NCBI GenBank assembly: GCA_025558095.1 | Contig: JAIVFI010000030.1 | Location: 248,001-312,000, forward strand | Length of the DNA stretch: 64,000 bases | From: Hyaloraphidium curvatum SAG 235-1 | Lineage: Eukaryota; Fungi; Monoblepharomycota | Reading direction: 5' to 3' | In this document: piece by piece, positions 21,528-33,656 of the stretch | Position numbering within the stretch: the first letter of the stretch is position 1 | Layout of the letters: each line of letters starts with the position of its first letter | Made by a program: the position numbers and the translations under genes | Notes under the pieces: generated by a model | The model's input: the letters and a program-made list of their open reading frames with translations, nothing else | What the model was told of the DNA's origin: nothing | Database searches by the model: none

Positions 21528-22142
21528 TCAGCCCCACGCAAAAGACACCCAGCACCCTCTTCTTCGTTTCCTCGGCCGCGCTTCGGCTTCATCGTCCGCT
21601 TCCCAGTCATCCACCAAAGCTTCGATCTCTTGGAGTCGCACTATCTGGCGATCGATGTCGGCAATGAGTCTACTTGTTTCCCGGTCATGGTCCTCCAACC
21701 ACCGCTGCCGGCGTCGCGCGGCGTCTTCGACCACCCGGGTGCGCTCCGTACGCAGCTCTTGAAGCTGCGAGGTGGGATCGGTCGGGTGTTGCTCGTCGTC
21801 CTGGAGATCGAAGCAAGATCGGAAGGCCGTGAGAACCGCGTCGTCGAGCACAGCAGGCTCAACAAACCGAATCGCCGAACGGCGGTTTCGATCGATGACA
21901 CGGCGGTAGAGGCAGATGGGTTGGAATTCTCGGAAGAGGGCGGCCACGCGTCGAGCGAGGTCGTCGTCGTCGGTGAGGGAGGCACCGAGGAGCTCGGCCA
22001 GCTTGTTTCGATGCACGCCTTCGCGCGGATAGGGTGGCTGGTTGGAGGTGAGGTGGTTCAGGTTCGACCAGCCGATCAGCACGCGCTCGGCTTCCAAAGC
22101 CTGACCGCGATCGGCGAAGGCAGCTCGCACTACATGATCCAT
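21528..22142 (-). CDS. Hypothetical protein with coiled-coil and NLS; N-terminus weakly GIY-YIG-like
   Basis: 204-aa intronless ORF; DRGQALEAERVLIGWSNLN; heptads LQELRTERTRVVED..; RPRKRRR. Confidence 0.55.
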   Translation of the reverse strand: MDHVVRAAFADRGQALEAERVLIGWSNLNHLTSNQPPYPREGVHRNKLAELLGASLTDDDDLARRVAALFREFQPICLYRRVIDRNRRSAIRFVEPAVLDDAVLTAFRSCFDLQDDEQHPTDPTSQLQELRTERTRVVEDAARRRQRWLEDHDRETSRLIADIDRQIVRLQEIEALVDDWEADDEAEARPRKRRRGCWVSFAWG

Positions 22143-22345
22143 GTCACAATGCGCGAAGCGTTCGGCTGGGGACGATCACGGTCGACCCGTCGGACGCGGT
22201 CAGCAGGACGCATTGCCGCACGGTGGACAACCTGCCGGCCTCTGCTTCGACGGAGCGGTCGATCTGGAACAAGTTTCTGGGAGTCAACGACGATTTCTTT
22301 TGGTTCGTCCGCCCCACAAATAGATGGCATTTTCTGTTCCACAGT

Positions 22346-22401
22346 TCAGCAAATGCAGAGCGACACCAGAAGCTCAGCAAATGCAGAGCGATGCCAGAAG
22401 C
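22346..22401. repeat. 28-bp tandem duplication
   Basis: TCAGCAAATGCAGAGCGA(CA/TG)CCAGAAGC twice. Confidence 0.9.
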
Positions 22402-22723
22402 TGCAGACCAGACTGGAAGCACTGGGCCGCAAGTGGAAAATGGAGACCTGGCTCTGGGCTCTTAGCATCAAGGAGTTCTCGACCAGCCCAGAATCAAATT
22501 GAGGCAGCAGAAGGAGAAGGTCCTCAACTCTATTGCAGTGTTGTCTCAAAGTCCACGAAGGACATCAGAAAACTGGGAAAAGAAAAAGTCTAGTAGTGAG
22601 CTGAAAGCAGGAGTTGGTACAACCACGAGCAAAACACCTACGTTCCCGGCATGTGCCATACAGTGCCATGCACTCCAGTGAGCACGACCAACTTGTCCAA
22701 AGCAGGATGTGTTCTGTTGCAGT

Positions 22724-23608
22724 TTATACTTGCAGTGATCTTTGCACAATACCTCGGACCTTCGCATTGAATGCGCCACGGTCTTCGCGATAGAGCTTCT
22801 GCCGCAGATATGGGGTATGGTAAACTCCCTGCAATAGCCGATGCCACGCTTGGCTTACAGAAGCATCAATGTTGGCTCCACTCTCGTCGTTTGGCTCAGC
22901 AAGCATGGATACAACGCTGAGCAAAATTTTCTCTATGCTCTGAACTGGGCTCCAGCGCTCGTTGCTTGACTCGTACTGGTTCGGGTCTTCCCCTGGAGGA
23001 TGCAGAATGGAGATGCAGACGCGCCCATCCGCATAGACGTTTGGATGAAACATCTCCCCTGAAGTGGATATCAGGTTGAGGCACCAACGCGCGAATGGAC
23101 GAAGAAGCACCTGTGAACCGCATAACCTGTGGAGGTAGGTCAGATCCAGGTAGCGCTTTGCCCGTGGAACACCAACTGGTGGACTCAGTGGGTAGTCCTT
23201 GGGAAAGTGTAACGTGGCCTCAAAGATCCCTCCCTCGTATGGCGTCTGAGGAAATGTCCGCGGCGGAAGCGTTGGAGCAGCCATCGCCGCATTCATGGGA
23301 ACAAACTCACGCCTTCGGGCCCGCTACGCGACAATCAGCGTCGCACGGGTCCGTGACGGGTGACGGGCGGCGCTACCTTATCAGTGCCTCCCACTCAAAG
23401 TAATTGTCCTCCGACATGGGGCCTGTTGACCATGGCTGTGTCAACTGTTCTGCCGACGAGCCGAATTCCCGTTTTACCAGCCGTGATCCCCTCCGGCGGG
23501 TTGACAGTCAACTCTGGATGATGGTGACGACGAATGAACGACACGCTCGCACGAAGCCTAGTCGCACGGACCTCGGTACTCGGTCATCAGCCGGCGAAGA
23601 GCGGTCAT
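22724..23608 (-). CDS. UBC7: Ubiquitin-conjugating enzyme Ubc7/UBE2G, multi-exon
   Basis: [11 protein letters not shown]..; [10 protein letters not shown]; [39 protein letters not shown]. Confidence 0.93.
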
Positions 23609-23804
23609 GTCTCCGATGACGACGAGCAACGCGTCAATGACGTGCTGGACTGCCTTGCTTCGCACGTCGTGTGTATGTTGACGCGTCGCTCACGTCGTGT
23701 GTATGTTGACGCGTCGATCGAGAGGACCGGCGGCGGCTGTGATGCAGTGAGAGCCAGTTCGAAACTCCGCCCTCCCCGCAAATGACCCGGTAGCTGAGGA
23801 GGCC

Positions 23805-24619
23805 ATGGTTCGTGCTGTGCTACGAGTGTCAATTGCAGCGTTCGCTGACCCGCCGCATGGCAGATAAGGTGAACCTGCTTCACCAGCGTCCCCAGCAACG
23901 CTCCAACTTCTGTCGTTGGCCCAGGTTCATTCTGGTGCAGAACAGACAAGTGGGACTCTCAGGGCAATTTATGGTGACGTTTGCTGACGGAAGAGCCAGG
24001 GGAAGACTCGGTTGCAGAAATGGTACATTCCGGCGGACGATGAGGAGAAGACCAAGCTGAAGGGGGAGGTCCACCGCTTGGTCGCCCCGAGGGACCAGCG
24101 GAACCAGTCCAACTTTGTCGAGGTAGCTTGCATGCTCTTCTTGGCGCGGCATGCTGGACCGACGCTGGTTTTCGCTGTGCCCCAGTTCCGGAACTACAAG
24201 ATCGTTTACCGGAGATACGCTGGCTTGTTCTTCTGCTTCTGCGTCGACACAAACGATAATGAGTTGGCGTACTTGGAAGCCATTCATTTCTTCGTGGAGG
24301 TGCTGGACTCGTTCTTTGGAAACGTGTGCGAGCTGGATCTCGTCTTCAACTTGTGGGTTTCAACGGTGAACCAACGTTTCAATGGTCTGAACTGTTCGGG
24401 CAGCTACAAGGTCTACGCAATATTGGACGAAGTGTTTCTTGCCGGAGAGATACAAGAGTGAGCGACGTGTCTTCTAGTGGCTGGGCTCGCGCTAACGGCC
24501 AACTCCCCCGCAGGACGAGGTCCGTGGAGACGTGACTGTGAGCTTCGAGGCGCAACTAACATCCGTCCAGCAAAGCGGTCGTGCTGAGTCGACTGGAGAT
24601 GTTGGACAAGCTCGAGTGA
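23805..24619 (+). CDS. APS2: AP-2 complex sigma subunit, multi-exon with microexons
   Basis: Spliced M|IR|FILVQNRQ|GKTRLQKWY; YRRYAGLFF; [12 protein letters not shown]; [15 protein letters not shown]. Confidence 0.93.
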
Positions 24620-24649
24620 TTGATACCAGCTGTAACTGCTTGTCACAAT

Positions 24650-26287
24650 TCATCGCTGCTTTCTCCGCAGAACGATCGGATTCGTCTCCGGCGTTGCGTT
24701 GGGATCTTCCCGAAAGATCTTAATGGTCTTGTCCGCCTCGCCGGTAATCAACCTAGTGCCAGTCTTGTCAAAAATGGAGCAGAAGATGCCCGCTTCGCTC
24801 TCGAGCGAGCCCGGCTGCGCGATGGCCTCCGTTGTCTGGAAGTTGTAACCCGACTTCCAGTCCCAGAAGTACATCGAGCCGTTGTCGCCTGAGTGCGCCG
24901 GGATCAGTCGTTGCTGTGGCGCCGCTGTCGCAGTCCTCACCTCCCGAGAACAACACGTTGTCGCTGTTTAGAGCCAGGGTGTTGATGATCGTGTTGTGGC
25001 CCTCAAAGTTCTGGATGAAGTTGCCTTCCGGGAACCTCCACTGCTTGATATTGTCGGGGCTGCCGCTCGCAAAGGCAAAGTCGGTCGGGTGCAGCGCCAA
25101 AGCCCGCACAGACTTCTTGTGGTGCGTCAACACGGACATGGTCTTGCCCGCCGCCAGGTCCCATAATCGGACGGTGCTGTCCATAGACGCCGTGATCACT
25201 TGCGGGTCCGCCTCCTGGCACTTGACGTCGGCCACCGTGGCCGTGTGGCCGGTCAGCGCAAAGATCTGCTGCTTGGTCCGCATATCCCAAACCTGAGCCG
25301 AGAAAAAGTCAGAGACAATATGCACCTTGAGGCGCAAAGTCTTACCCTGGCCGTCGAGTCCCTGCCACCCGTCACCAAGACATCGAGCGTCGGATGGAGG
25401 CTCATTGTGTAGACTCCGCTCAAGTGCCCGTGGTAGTGTCTGATGACCTTGTTCTGCTCCAGGTCCCAGCACTTCACCATTTTGTCCTCCCCGCAAGAGA
25501 AAAGGTAGGGATGGCGCGCCGAAATGGCAAGGCCTCGCACAGTGGAAATGTGCCCGGTCAACGAGAGCTTCAGCGTCCCCGACGCCAGGTCCCAAATCTG
25601 TAGTTTTGTCGGCAGCTGGCAACTTTAGCTGCCTCGGAAACCCCCACCTTGATCAGCCTGTCTCCCGCGCCGCTGGCAAACCACTCGTTGCCCGGATCCA
25701 CCGCCAATGCCCTGACCCATCCCAGGTGACCGCTGATAACCCGCATGAGCTTCCAAGGGGGGTGCCATTGTGGTCTAGGAACTTGTCGCTGCTCCTTCAC
25801 TCTGACGAGGGCCGTGGAGGAGCCCGCGAAATCGTTGCGGGGTCCGGTGCGCAGCGGCACCAACGCAGAGGAGCTGGGAAGCTCCGTGAGGACCTCCACC
25901 GCCCCAGAAACAGGGCCACACGCACGTTGAGGATCCCGAGGACGTCGCTGCTCGCTTCGCGGCGTCCGATGAGCCCCTAGCAGCCGCGACTTGGCTCTCC
26001 AGAGCCTTGGGCAGCTCCTGCACCGCAGCGTACTCATCGGCGATTTTCGACCTCAGTTTCAAGTTTTGACCGCTGGCAATGTCGGGCGGCGAGTGAGATT
26101 CCGAGCAGGACCCGAGCCATGGTGCACCGGACCTCTCGGAGACGTCGAAAGAGTAGGACGTGTTCTCCGACTCGAACAGGAGTCTGCGGGACAATCAGAC
26201 CCCGACGCAAGGCGCTTGCGCGTGGAAATCATGCCTTGTCCGCTTCAAGTTCCTCCGTATGAGCTGCTCGACCTCCATCGCGGCCAT
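24650..26287 (-). CDS. PRP46: Prp46/PLRG1 WD40 splicing factor
   Basis: [21 protein letters not shown]; [21 protein letters not shown]; [12 protein letters not shown]. Confidence 0.95.
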
Positions 26288-26360
26288 GTGTTTGGACGAG
26301 TGACGCTTAAGCACTTCCGCACTCATCACGAGCTGAACAGTCAGTGATCACACTACAGGT

Positions 26361-27654
26361 TCATACAACCGGAGCGAAGGGCCTGAGATACACGCGTTTC
26401 CCATCTGCCAGGATCGTTCGTAGCATCGGGGCCCCCGGTTCCGCCGCCTCCAGCTTCAGCAGAGCGAGTCCGACGTTGTGCAGGCCGGAGCAGAACTTCC
26501 CCATCTCCGCTTGCCGCCGATCGCGTGATGTGACAGCTCCGTCCGCCTCCTTATCATAGTCCTCGGGTGCGTCAGCGCGGATCAAGGTTGACTGCGGGAC
26601 GGGCACACCCGCCCAGTCCATATCGACGACCGGGGGCTCGTCCCCGGAAAGTGGTGTCAAAGACATCTGAATGGGCATGATCCGCTTTCTCGTAACGCCT
26701 CTGCTGTGGGTTCGCATCGTCAGTTCCTGCCCGACATAGCAGCCTTTGTGGAAGTCGACTGCTCAGGAAGATCAGCAGGAGACCTGCGCTTACACACGTG
26801 CGGCCTCACCTCCATTCATGCGGTCCAAATTGGACTCCAGGGGGAATGCGGAGCCCGGCACAATGTCTCCGGGTCCTTCGGGGATGCCACAAAGGACCCG
26901 CCGCAGAGTATACACCGAATCGTCGTGCCTCCGGAATCTGTCTCCGAAAGGGTCTACGGCGGCAAGGCAGTGAGAAGTGCCGTACACTCCACACTGTACT
27001 ACTGCAAACGTACCCGCCGAGGACGAGGCAACAACTCGCCAACCGAAACCGCTATGCCGCAGGTCGCGAATAGCAACGCAGGGGATATTCTCAGACAGCC
27101 CAAGCCCAGAGTCAGCCAAAGATAATGGCTGCCATGCGTGCCATGCTCTGAAGTCCTGGGACACGTCCGCGATCTTCGCCTTCAAGCGGAGAACGTATCG
27201 CTTCAAGTGGGCACGGAGGTCTTCCGCAACGGCGCCATGGCACTCCACCAACACCTCCGGAGCGCCTCCTGCGGAAGGAGGGAGGCGATACAAGAAGGCA
27301 TCGTATAGGACGCGCCCCTGGTGTGCCACCGATGGTTGCTCGATCAAGTCCCAACTATGAACGAGCGATGCAGCCAACCTGCGGTGTCAGAAACGCGGCA
27401 AACTGCCCCGCTCCCTCCGTTTCCAGCAGTTGGGCTTGATTCGTGATGAGTCCTTGTAGGAATTTGATCGTGTCCGCGCCCCAGACGCGTACAAAAGCGC
27501 GATTGGGCAGCGAGATCGCGCCGGAGCCTGCTGCCCAGCTATCCCAAAGATCCGACGCCGGGGTTCTGGTGCTGAGCGCACGGGCGCCTATTTGACGAGG
27601 CAGTGGACGCGCCCTGAGACCAGCGACGAGCGTTACGAGCTCGCGGGGGAGCAT
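26361..27654 (-). CDS. IBA57: Iba57/Caf17 (YgfZ-family) mitochondrial Fe-S assembly factor
   Basis: [14 protein letters not shown]|[18 protein letters not shown]|[24 protein letters not shown]. Confidence 0.92.
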
Positions 27655-27797
27655 TGTTGTTGGGAGTCGGTCCGCGCCGAGGCCGCGATCTCTAGCTGCA
27701 CTGCACGCGATCGGGTGCGCAAGTCCCTGAACTCCGATTACCCTCCGATTCCGCGTCCCGACCGTTGAGAGCCGGGCACAGGCTCGGAAGGGCCAGA

Positions 27798-30700
27798 ATG
27801 GAGCCTCCGGGTCACGCTGCCACGGGTCTGGAGGTGCTCAGCATGAAAGATGGCAAAGCCAGCATCGAGCACCAGGTGGGCCCGATGTAGACCTGTTCCA
27901 TCGCCGCGTTGATCTGATTCAACGCTCGGATTCCAGATATCCATTCACATTAACGTGGGCATCTTCTCTTGCGTCTCGCGGGTGCTTCAAGCGGGTCGTC
28001 TCACGGTGTCTGGACCACCCGTTTTAGGATCTCGTTGACGTGGACCAGGTCGAGGAGATCACACTCACGGATGTCCTGTCCGGCCTTGCCTACGTTATGG
28101 AGTACAGAATTGAGGGGGGCCGATATCCGCACCTGGACCTTGCCATTATGCGGCGGTTGGCCAAGGCGCTGCTCAACAACATGGGGAAGCAGGACAAGAA
28201 GCTCGTGAACCGCAAATTCACCCCGGAGTCCACAATGGCGTTCCGGCTCTTTGCGGAATTTCTTGCGGAAGGTGCGGGACATGCTGCTCTGGCGAAGGGC
28301 TGCCGGACTTAGTACGCCATTTCGGCGGCAGTCGAGGAGTTCAGGGTTGCCGTCACCGAGTACCCAGAGTCGGATCTGAGGCAGTTTCTGAGCATTCATC
28401 TGCGCTGCAAGGCCTCTTCGCCCCTCGAGGACAAGCTTGCCGCGGCCAAGATCCTGACCATTCTGCAGCGGATGCCGGAGTTCAAGGACTGGATGGAGCT
28501 GGTGGACGAAAAGTACCAGGGCCAGGTGGAGAGCGTTCTGAAGGAGATCGCGCCGGACATGAAGGAGATCCAGATTCCTGAGCCGGAGGCGGAGCTTCGT
28601 CCGCCACCAAGTGAGTCCCGGATCCCCACTCGCACGCAAACGGACGGCTGATCTTTCGAATCGCGCAGGCCTCTATTTTGACCGCAAGATACCGATTCTT
28701 GCCGACATGTTCAAAACGGACGTGGACAAGGGCTTGAATTCGAGCGACGTCCCCGCCCTGAGGGCCTACTACGGGACGAACGAGCTCCCAAAACCTCCCA
28801 GACCCTCCGTTCTTTGGATGCTGTTCACGCAAATAACGGACTTCATGGCACGTGGGACGCTGCGCAGCCGGTCGCGCGGGCTGACTCGTCCGCCCAGGTC
28901 ATCATCCTCCTCATTGTTGCCATCGTCGAAGCAGCTCTGCAGGAATGGCGAGAAGCCGTCATTCTGTTCGCCGTCGTCATCATGAACGTCGCCATCGGGT
29001 TCTCACAAGAATGGAAGGCCAAGCAGGCGTTGGAAGCGCTGATGTCCTTGTCCGTTCCCCAAGCAGTCGTCATCCGCGACGGCGTGACAAGCACCATCGA
29101 TTCTGCGGACATTGTTCCCGGCGATATTGTCGTTCTTGAAGAAGGCATGACGCGGACCGCGGTCCAAGTCGAAGTTGCACTTACAGCCTCCTGCAGGTGA
29201 CGCCGTTCCCGCGGACCTTCGCATCGCCGAGGCGTCGCAGCTGGAGATTGTGGAAGCCTTGTTGACCGGCGAAAGTGTCCCCGTTGCCAAGTCGCCCAAG
29301 CACATCCGTTCGACGACCAGGAAGCTTCCACTTGGCGATTGCAAGGGCAACGCCTTCATGTCGACGGTCGTGGCAAAGGGCAGGGGTAAGGGCATCGCCG
29401 TACGCACCGGCAGGAACAGCGAGGTGATGACGGCAATCGGAACTTCAATCCGGTGGTCTGACCGCTTTCGCGCGCCCAGATCGGAAAGATCAGCGCGGCC
29501 ATTACCTCGCAACCGACCGTCAAAACGCCGATCCAGCAGAGGCTGAATCGGCTAGGTCTTTACCTCGTTCTGGTCTCGGTCGTCGCCTGCGTGCTCATGG
29601 TGGTTATTGGGGTGGCATGGGGACGGCCAGCCGGTGAAATGGTCAAGATTGGCATCAGCTTGGCCGTGTCAGTCATTCCCGAGGGCTTGGTCGCCGTCGT
29701 CACGGTTACCATGGCCATTGGAGTCAGCAGGATGGCGGCTGAGAACGCCATAGTGAGGAAACTTCCGTCGGTGGAAACCCTTGGTTCCGTGACGGTCATT
29801 TGCTCTGACAAGGTGGGCCCGGAGCTCCCTGTCGGTCGGAGGCTCGTTCTCACCGCTTGGTTCAGACCGGTACGCTGACCGAAGGCAAGATGGGGACGGC
29901 GCAGCTGCGCACCGTCGATGGAAATCGCTTCGTCTTCACGCAATCCACCGATCTTGATCCGACGGTTGGAGGAATCGTCAATGGTGGCAGCAAACCAGCG
30001 AGCGTTTCCAAAGCGGATGGCAACGGGGTTGGGGTTGCCCGCCGCAGGTCCCCGTGGGCCGATTTTGCTCACCTGCAACGCCGTTCGGCAGGCGGTGCCT
30101 CATCAACCCGACGGGCAAGGGACCAACGGATCCGTCCCCACGGACCAATCCGCGGCAACCGAGGGCCAGCCGGTCGCAAAGGACGCGTCGTTGGCTCCGC
30201 CGCAGCTAGTGTTGTCCATGCTTATATGCTGTCTGTGCAACAACGCAAGTGTGAGCAAGCTGGAGGACGGCTCATGGAAACCAACGGGTGATCCTACAGA
30301 GGTGCGGAGACAGGCGCGGGGCGTGTGGTCCGGGTGCCGATTGACTCACTATCTGTCACAGGTCGCACTCGTCGTTGCGGCGGAGAAGTCTGGGTTCGGC
30401 AAGGAGTTTTGGACGAACACCATTGGTCTCACCAAGTCCGGGGAGTTTGCATTCGACAGCGATCGAAAGCTCATGAGCTCGATCTATGCTTCGGGTCGGT
30501 CTGGGACCTTGCCGCTCCAGGGTTTCGCATCTTCGATTGTCCTCGTCAAGGGCGCTCCCGAGGGGGTCCTCAGCCGCTGCGTTGCCTACCTTCCAGGAGG
30601 CGTGCCGGACCTGCGCGACGAGGCTGGGCTTCGGAACCCTGTTCCGATCGACGACGCGGCCATCCAAAGGGTGTCGGATCAAAGTGCGGAAATGGCCGGG

Positions 30701-32459
30701 AACGGTCTCCGAGTTCTCGGGCTCGCAGTACGGCTGGTGGATTCGGCCGAAGCGGCCAAAATACTGCAGAGCGAGAATCCGGAACTGTCCGAAACGGACC
30801 TTTGTTTTGTGGGCCTCGTCGGTCTGATCGATCCGCCCAAGTGAGAGCCATGTTAATTGTTGAAGAGCCTCGGATAACGGAGTGTCCGTGTCAGGGCCGG
30901 AGTCGCGGAAGCGGTTGCGACGTGCAAGGAAGCCGGAATCAAGGTTGTCATGATAACCGGTCAGTTGACAAATCTGTTCGTCGCGGCGGTCCCTAAAAGC
31001 AAGTCTAAACCGCAGGCGATCACATTGCCACGGCCAGCGCAATCGCTCGCCAGCTCGGCATCCTCGACCCTTCGGTTCCGTCGCAGGTCTGTCGTGAGCG
31101 TCGCCCACCCTTCGCACCGCGCTGACGCATCCACAGAACCGCGCCATGAAAGGCACGGATCTTGACCTTTTGTCAGACGAGGCTCTCGGAGATCTCAGGC
31201 CGTTCCCGGGCGTGTTTGCCAGGGTCAGGTACGAAGCTGTGCAACGGCCATTGATTCCTTTCCTGATCTCTCCCAGCCCCGACAACAAGTTGAAGATCGT
31301 GACCGCACTTCAGATGAAGAAGCAGTTCGCGGCCATGGTTAGCTGGTTTGCCGTCAACAGTCCATCGTATTCTGACGTTAGCGCACAGACCGGTGACGGA
31401 GTCAACGACGCCCCTGCAATCAAAAAGGCGGATGTCGGCATTGCCATGGGCAAAGCAGGGACGGAGATCACGAAGCAAGCAGCGGACATTGTGCTCGCGG
31501 ACGGTGAATGGTCCCTGATGGTGCCTTTTTTCTGCGACTGACAGTTTGTGTCCTCAGACAACTTCGTCACGATCGTCAAGGCCGTTGAAGAAGGCCGGCG
31601 TGTGTATGACAACATCATCAAGTTCATCGTCTACCTGCTCAGCTGCAACTTGGCGGAAATCATCGTGATGTTGCTGTGTGTACTGCTGTGCCAGTCATTG
31701 CCTTCCACTGAACAACGTACCCCAGGTCGGCGGCCGTCAACGTCGATCTGCCGTTCACCACGATGATGATCTTGTGGGCAAACATCTGGATGGACGTGCC
31801 GCCATCGATGGCCCTGTCCGGTGGGTACAGGAAGCTCCGTTTTTTGCGGCTTGGACGGCCTAACATGACCGGGATCAGTGGAGAAGGCCGAGCCGGACGT
31901 CATGAGGAGGCCGCCCCGTCCGCCGGAGCAAGGCGTCCTGACCAGAGTGAACAGCACCGTGATCCTCATCCAGGGTTTCACCATGGGGCTCATCTCCTTG
32001 GCTGTTTACCTGCTCTCCACCTACAATGTCCTGCGCGGCTTCGACACCCTGCCCGTGCGCCAATCTCTAGCCTATGCGGCGCTTTGCTGCATGCAGCTGC
32101 AGCAGAGCTTCCTCAGCCGCAGCGTTTCCGAGAGCGTTTTCAAGCTCGGCGTCTTTGCGAACCGCTGGCTGATTGCGGGAGTCGCCATCGCGCTCCTGTT
32201 TTTGCTCATGGGGCTCTATGTCCCAGGTGAGCCGGACATCGCGCCGTGCCTCGCAGGCGGGAAGTTGAGCTTCCGATCCGCAGGGCTCAACGACTTCCTG
32301 ACCATGGTGCCGCTGCCGGGAATCGCCTGGGCTGTCGTCGTCGTCTGCCTCGTGATCCACTTTACCCTCATCGAGACCTTCAAGGTCATCGCGCGGCATT
32401 TGATGCAGACCGGCGTGCTTATTCCCCGACGGGGGACAACCTTCTTCGAGAAGGTCTAG
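27798..32459 (+). CDS. P2-type cation-transporting ATPase with long N-terminal extension
   Basis: LTGES, VIPEGL, ICSDK|TGTLT, KGAPE, IDPP, MITG|[19 protein letters not shown]; subclass (Ca2+ versus Na+/K+) not resolved; start uncertain. Confidence 0.92.
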
Positions 32460-32546
32460 ACACCGATCGCGCCGTCTGCTCCAGCGAGTGCAGCCGCCCT
32501 GCACGCCTACTCCGATGTAGAGAGGGGTTGCCATGTACGAGTGCAA

Positions 32547-33540
32547 TCATTTCCTGCCTTCGCCATCGACCAAATAGGATCGCACCGCATCGAGCAACTG
32601 GGAACACGCGTCCGTGGCGAGGTCCACTATCGCGGGCACCTCGGATCCCTCCAGCTCGCCCGTTTGGACGACCGTGGTCACTTCGTTGATCGACGGCATA
32701 TGGGCCAGGAGCATGGTGCCCACGGCCAGACCTTCCTCCGCGTCAGTGCAGTCCAGAAAGGTAGTATCCCCGACTATGCCCTGGAGTGCCATCATCAAGT
32801 CGCGGCAAAAGCGTCCTTGCACAGGTACCCACAGCGCTGCATGCCACGACCACGTCCCGCATTGCAAAACCGGCGTCCGTGAGGGCGAGGCTCGCGCACG
32901 TCACCGCCGTCGACAGAGCCGCGTGCGTTCCGTCGCTCTCGAGCACGGTAACGAACACGTCAACCTCGCATTTGGGGAACTGCTCCGGGAACAGGGCCGG
33001 GAGCAAAGCTTGCTCGAGAATCAGCGAAAACTCTTTCTCTTGTATGTCCTTCGGATCCAGCGCGCGTGAGGTACGGCCTTGCGTACGTCAGTGCAAGACG
33101 CACCTTCTTGTAGCCCCGCCTCTTCCCGCACGAGAACGGCGCGAACTTGAAATCGCACACGAGAGAGCCGCTGCTCTGATTTGCGTCGCTCTTGATCAGC
33201 TGGCGGGGTCCGTAGCTGCCGGACTGTCAAGACCATCCCGTGCTCCGCCAACTGCATGGACTGACACTGCGCAGATGATCTTCAGATTCCCCGATTCGGC
33301 ATACGCCGACCCCGCAGCATTGTCGATAACGCCTGTCTTGAGAACTGTGTCGTGTCAGGCTCGAGATGCGTGTTGTACCAGAGACCGAGACAGACACAGC
33401 GGCCGGAACTCTTCGGGGCCCCTCCCGTCGCGGCGCGCTCCCGTATCGGGATTCACGACAGGATCAACCGATCCCGCGGCCGGCGCCGAAATGAACGGGC
33501 GGACCGACGCCTCGGGGCCCGTGATGCGCTTCCGGTCCAT
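32547..33540 (-). CDS. MTR3: Exosome RNase PH-like subunit Mtr3/EXOSC6
   Basis: MDRKRITGPE; CDFKFAPFS; FPKCEVDVFVTVLESDG...TCASLALTDAG. Confidence 0.82.
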
Positions 33541-33656
33541 TTGTTGTCAAAGCGGCGGCGGGGGACACGCGACCCGCCGCCCTGCCTTCGACCCTCGAGA
33601 GCGCTCCGAAGCAAACGCGTGCCTCTCGGACTCGAGGGCTGCCGGACTCTGCCGCC

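Noticed and set aside
18055-22340. Complete endogenous virophage/Polinton-like virus
   Set aside because: No capsid, packaging ATPase, pPolB/helicase or TIRs are recognisable in the window.
18036-22723. YR cassette inserted into the PBS of a second copia copy (shared AAGG)
   Set aside because: The expected continuation ATTAAGAGTC is not found at the right side of the cassette.
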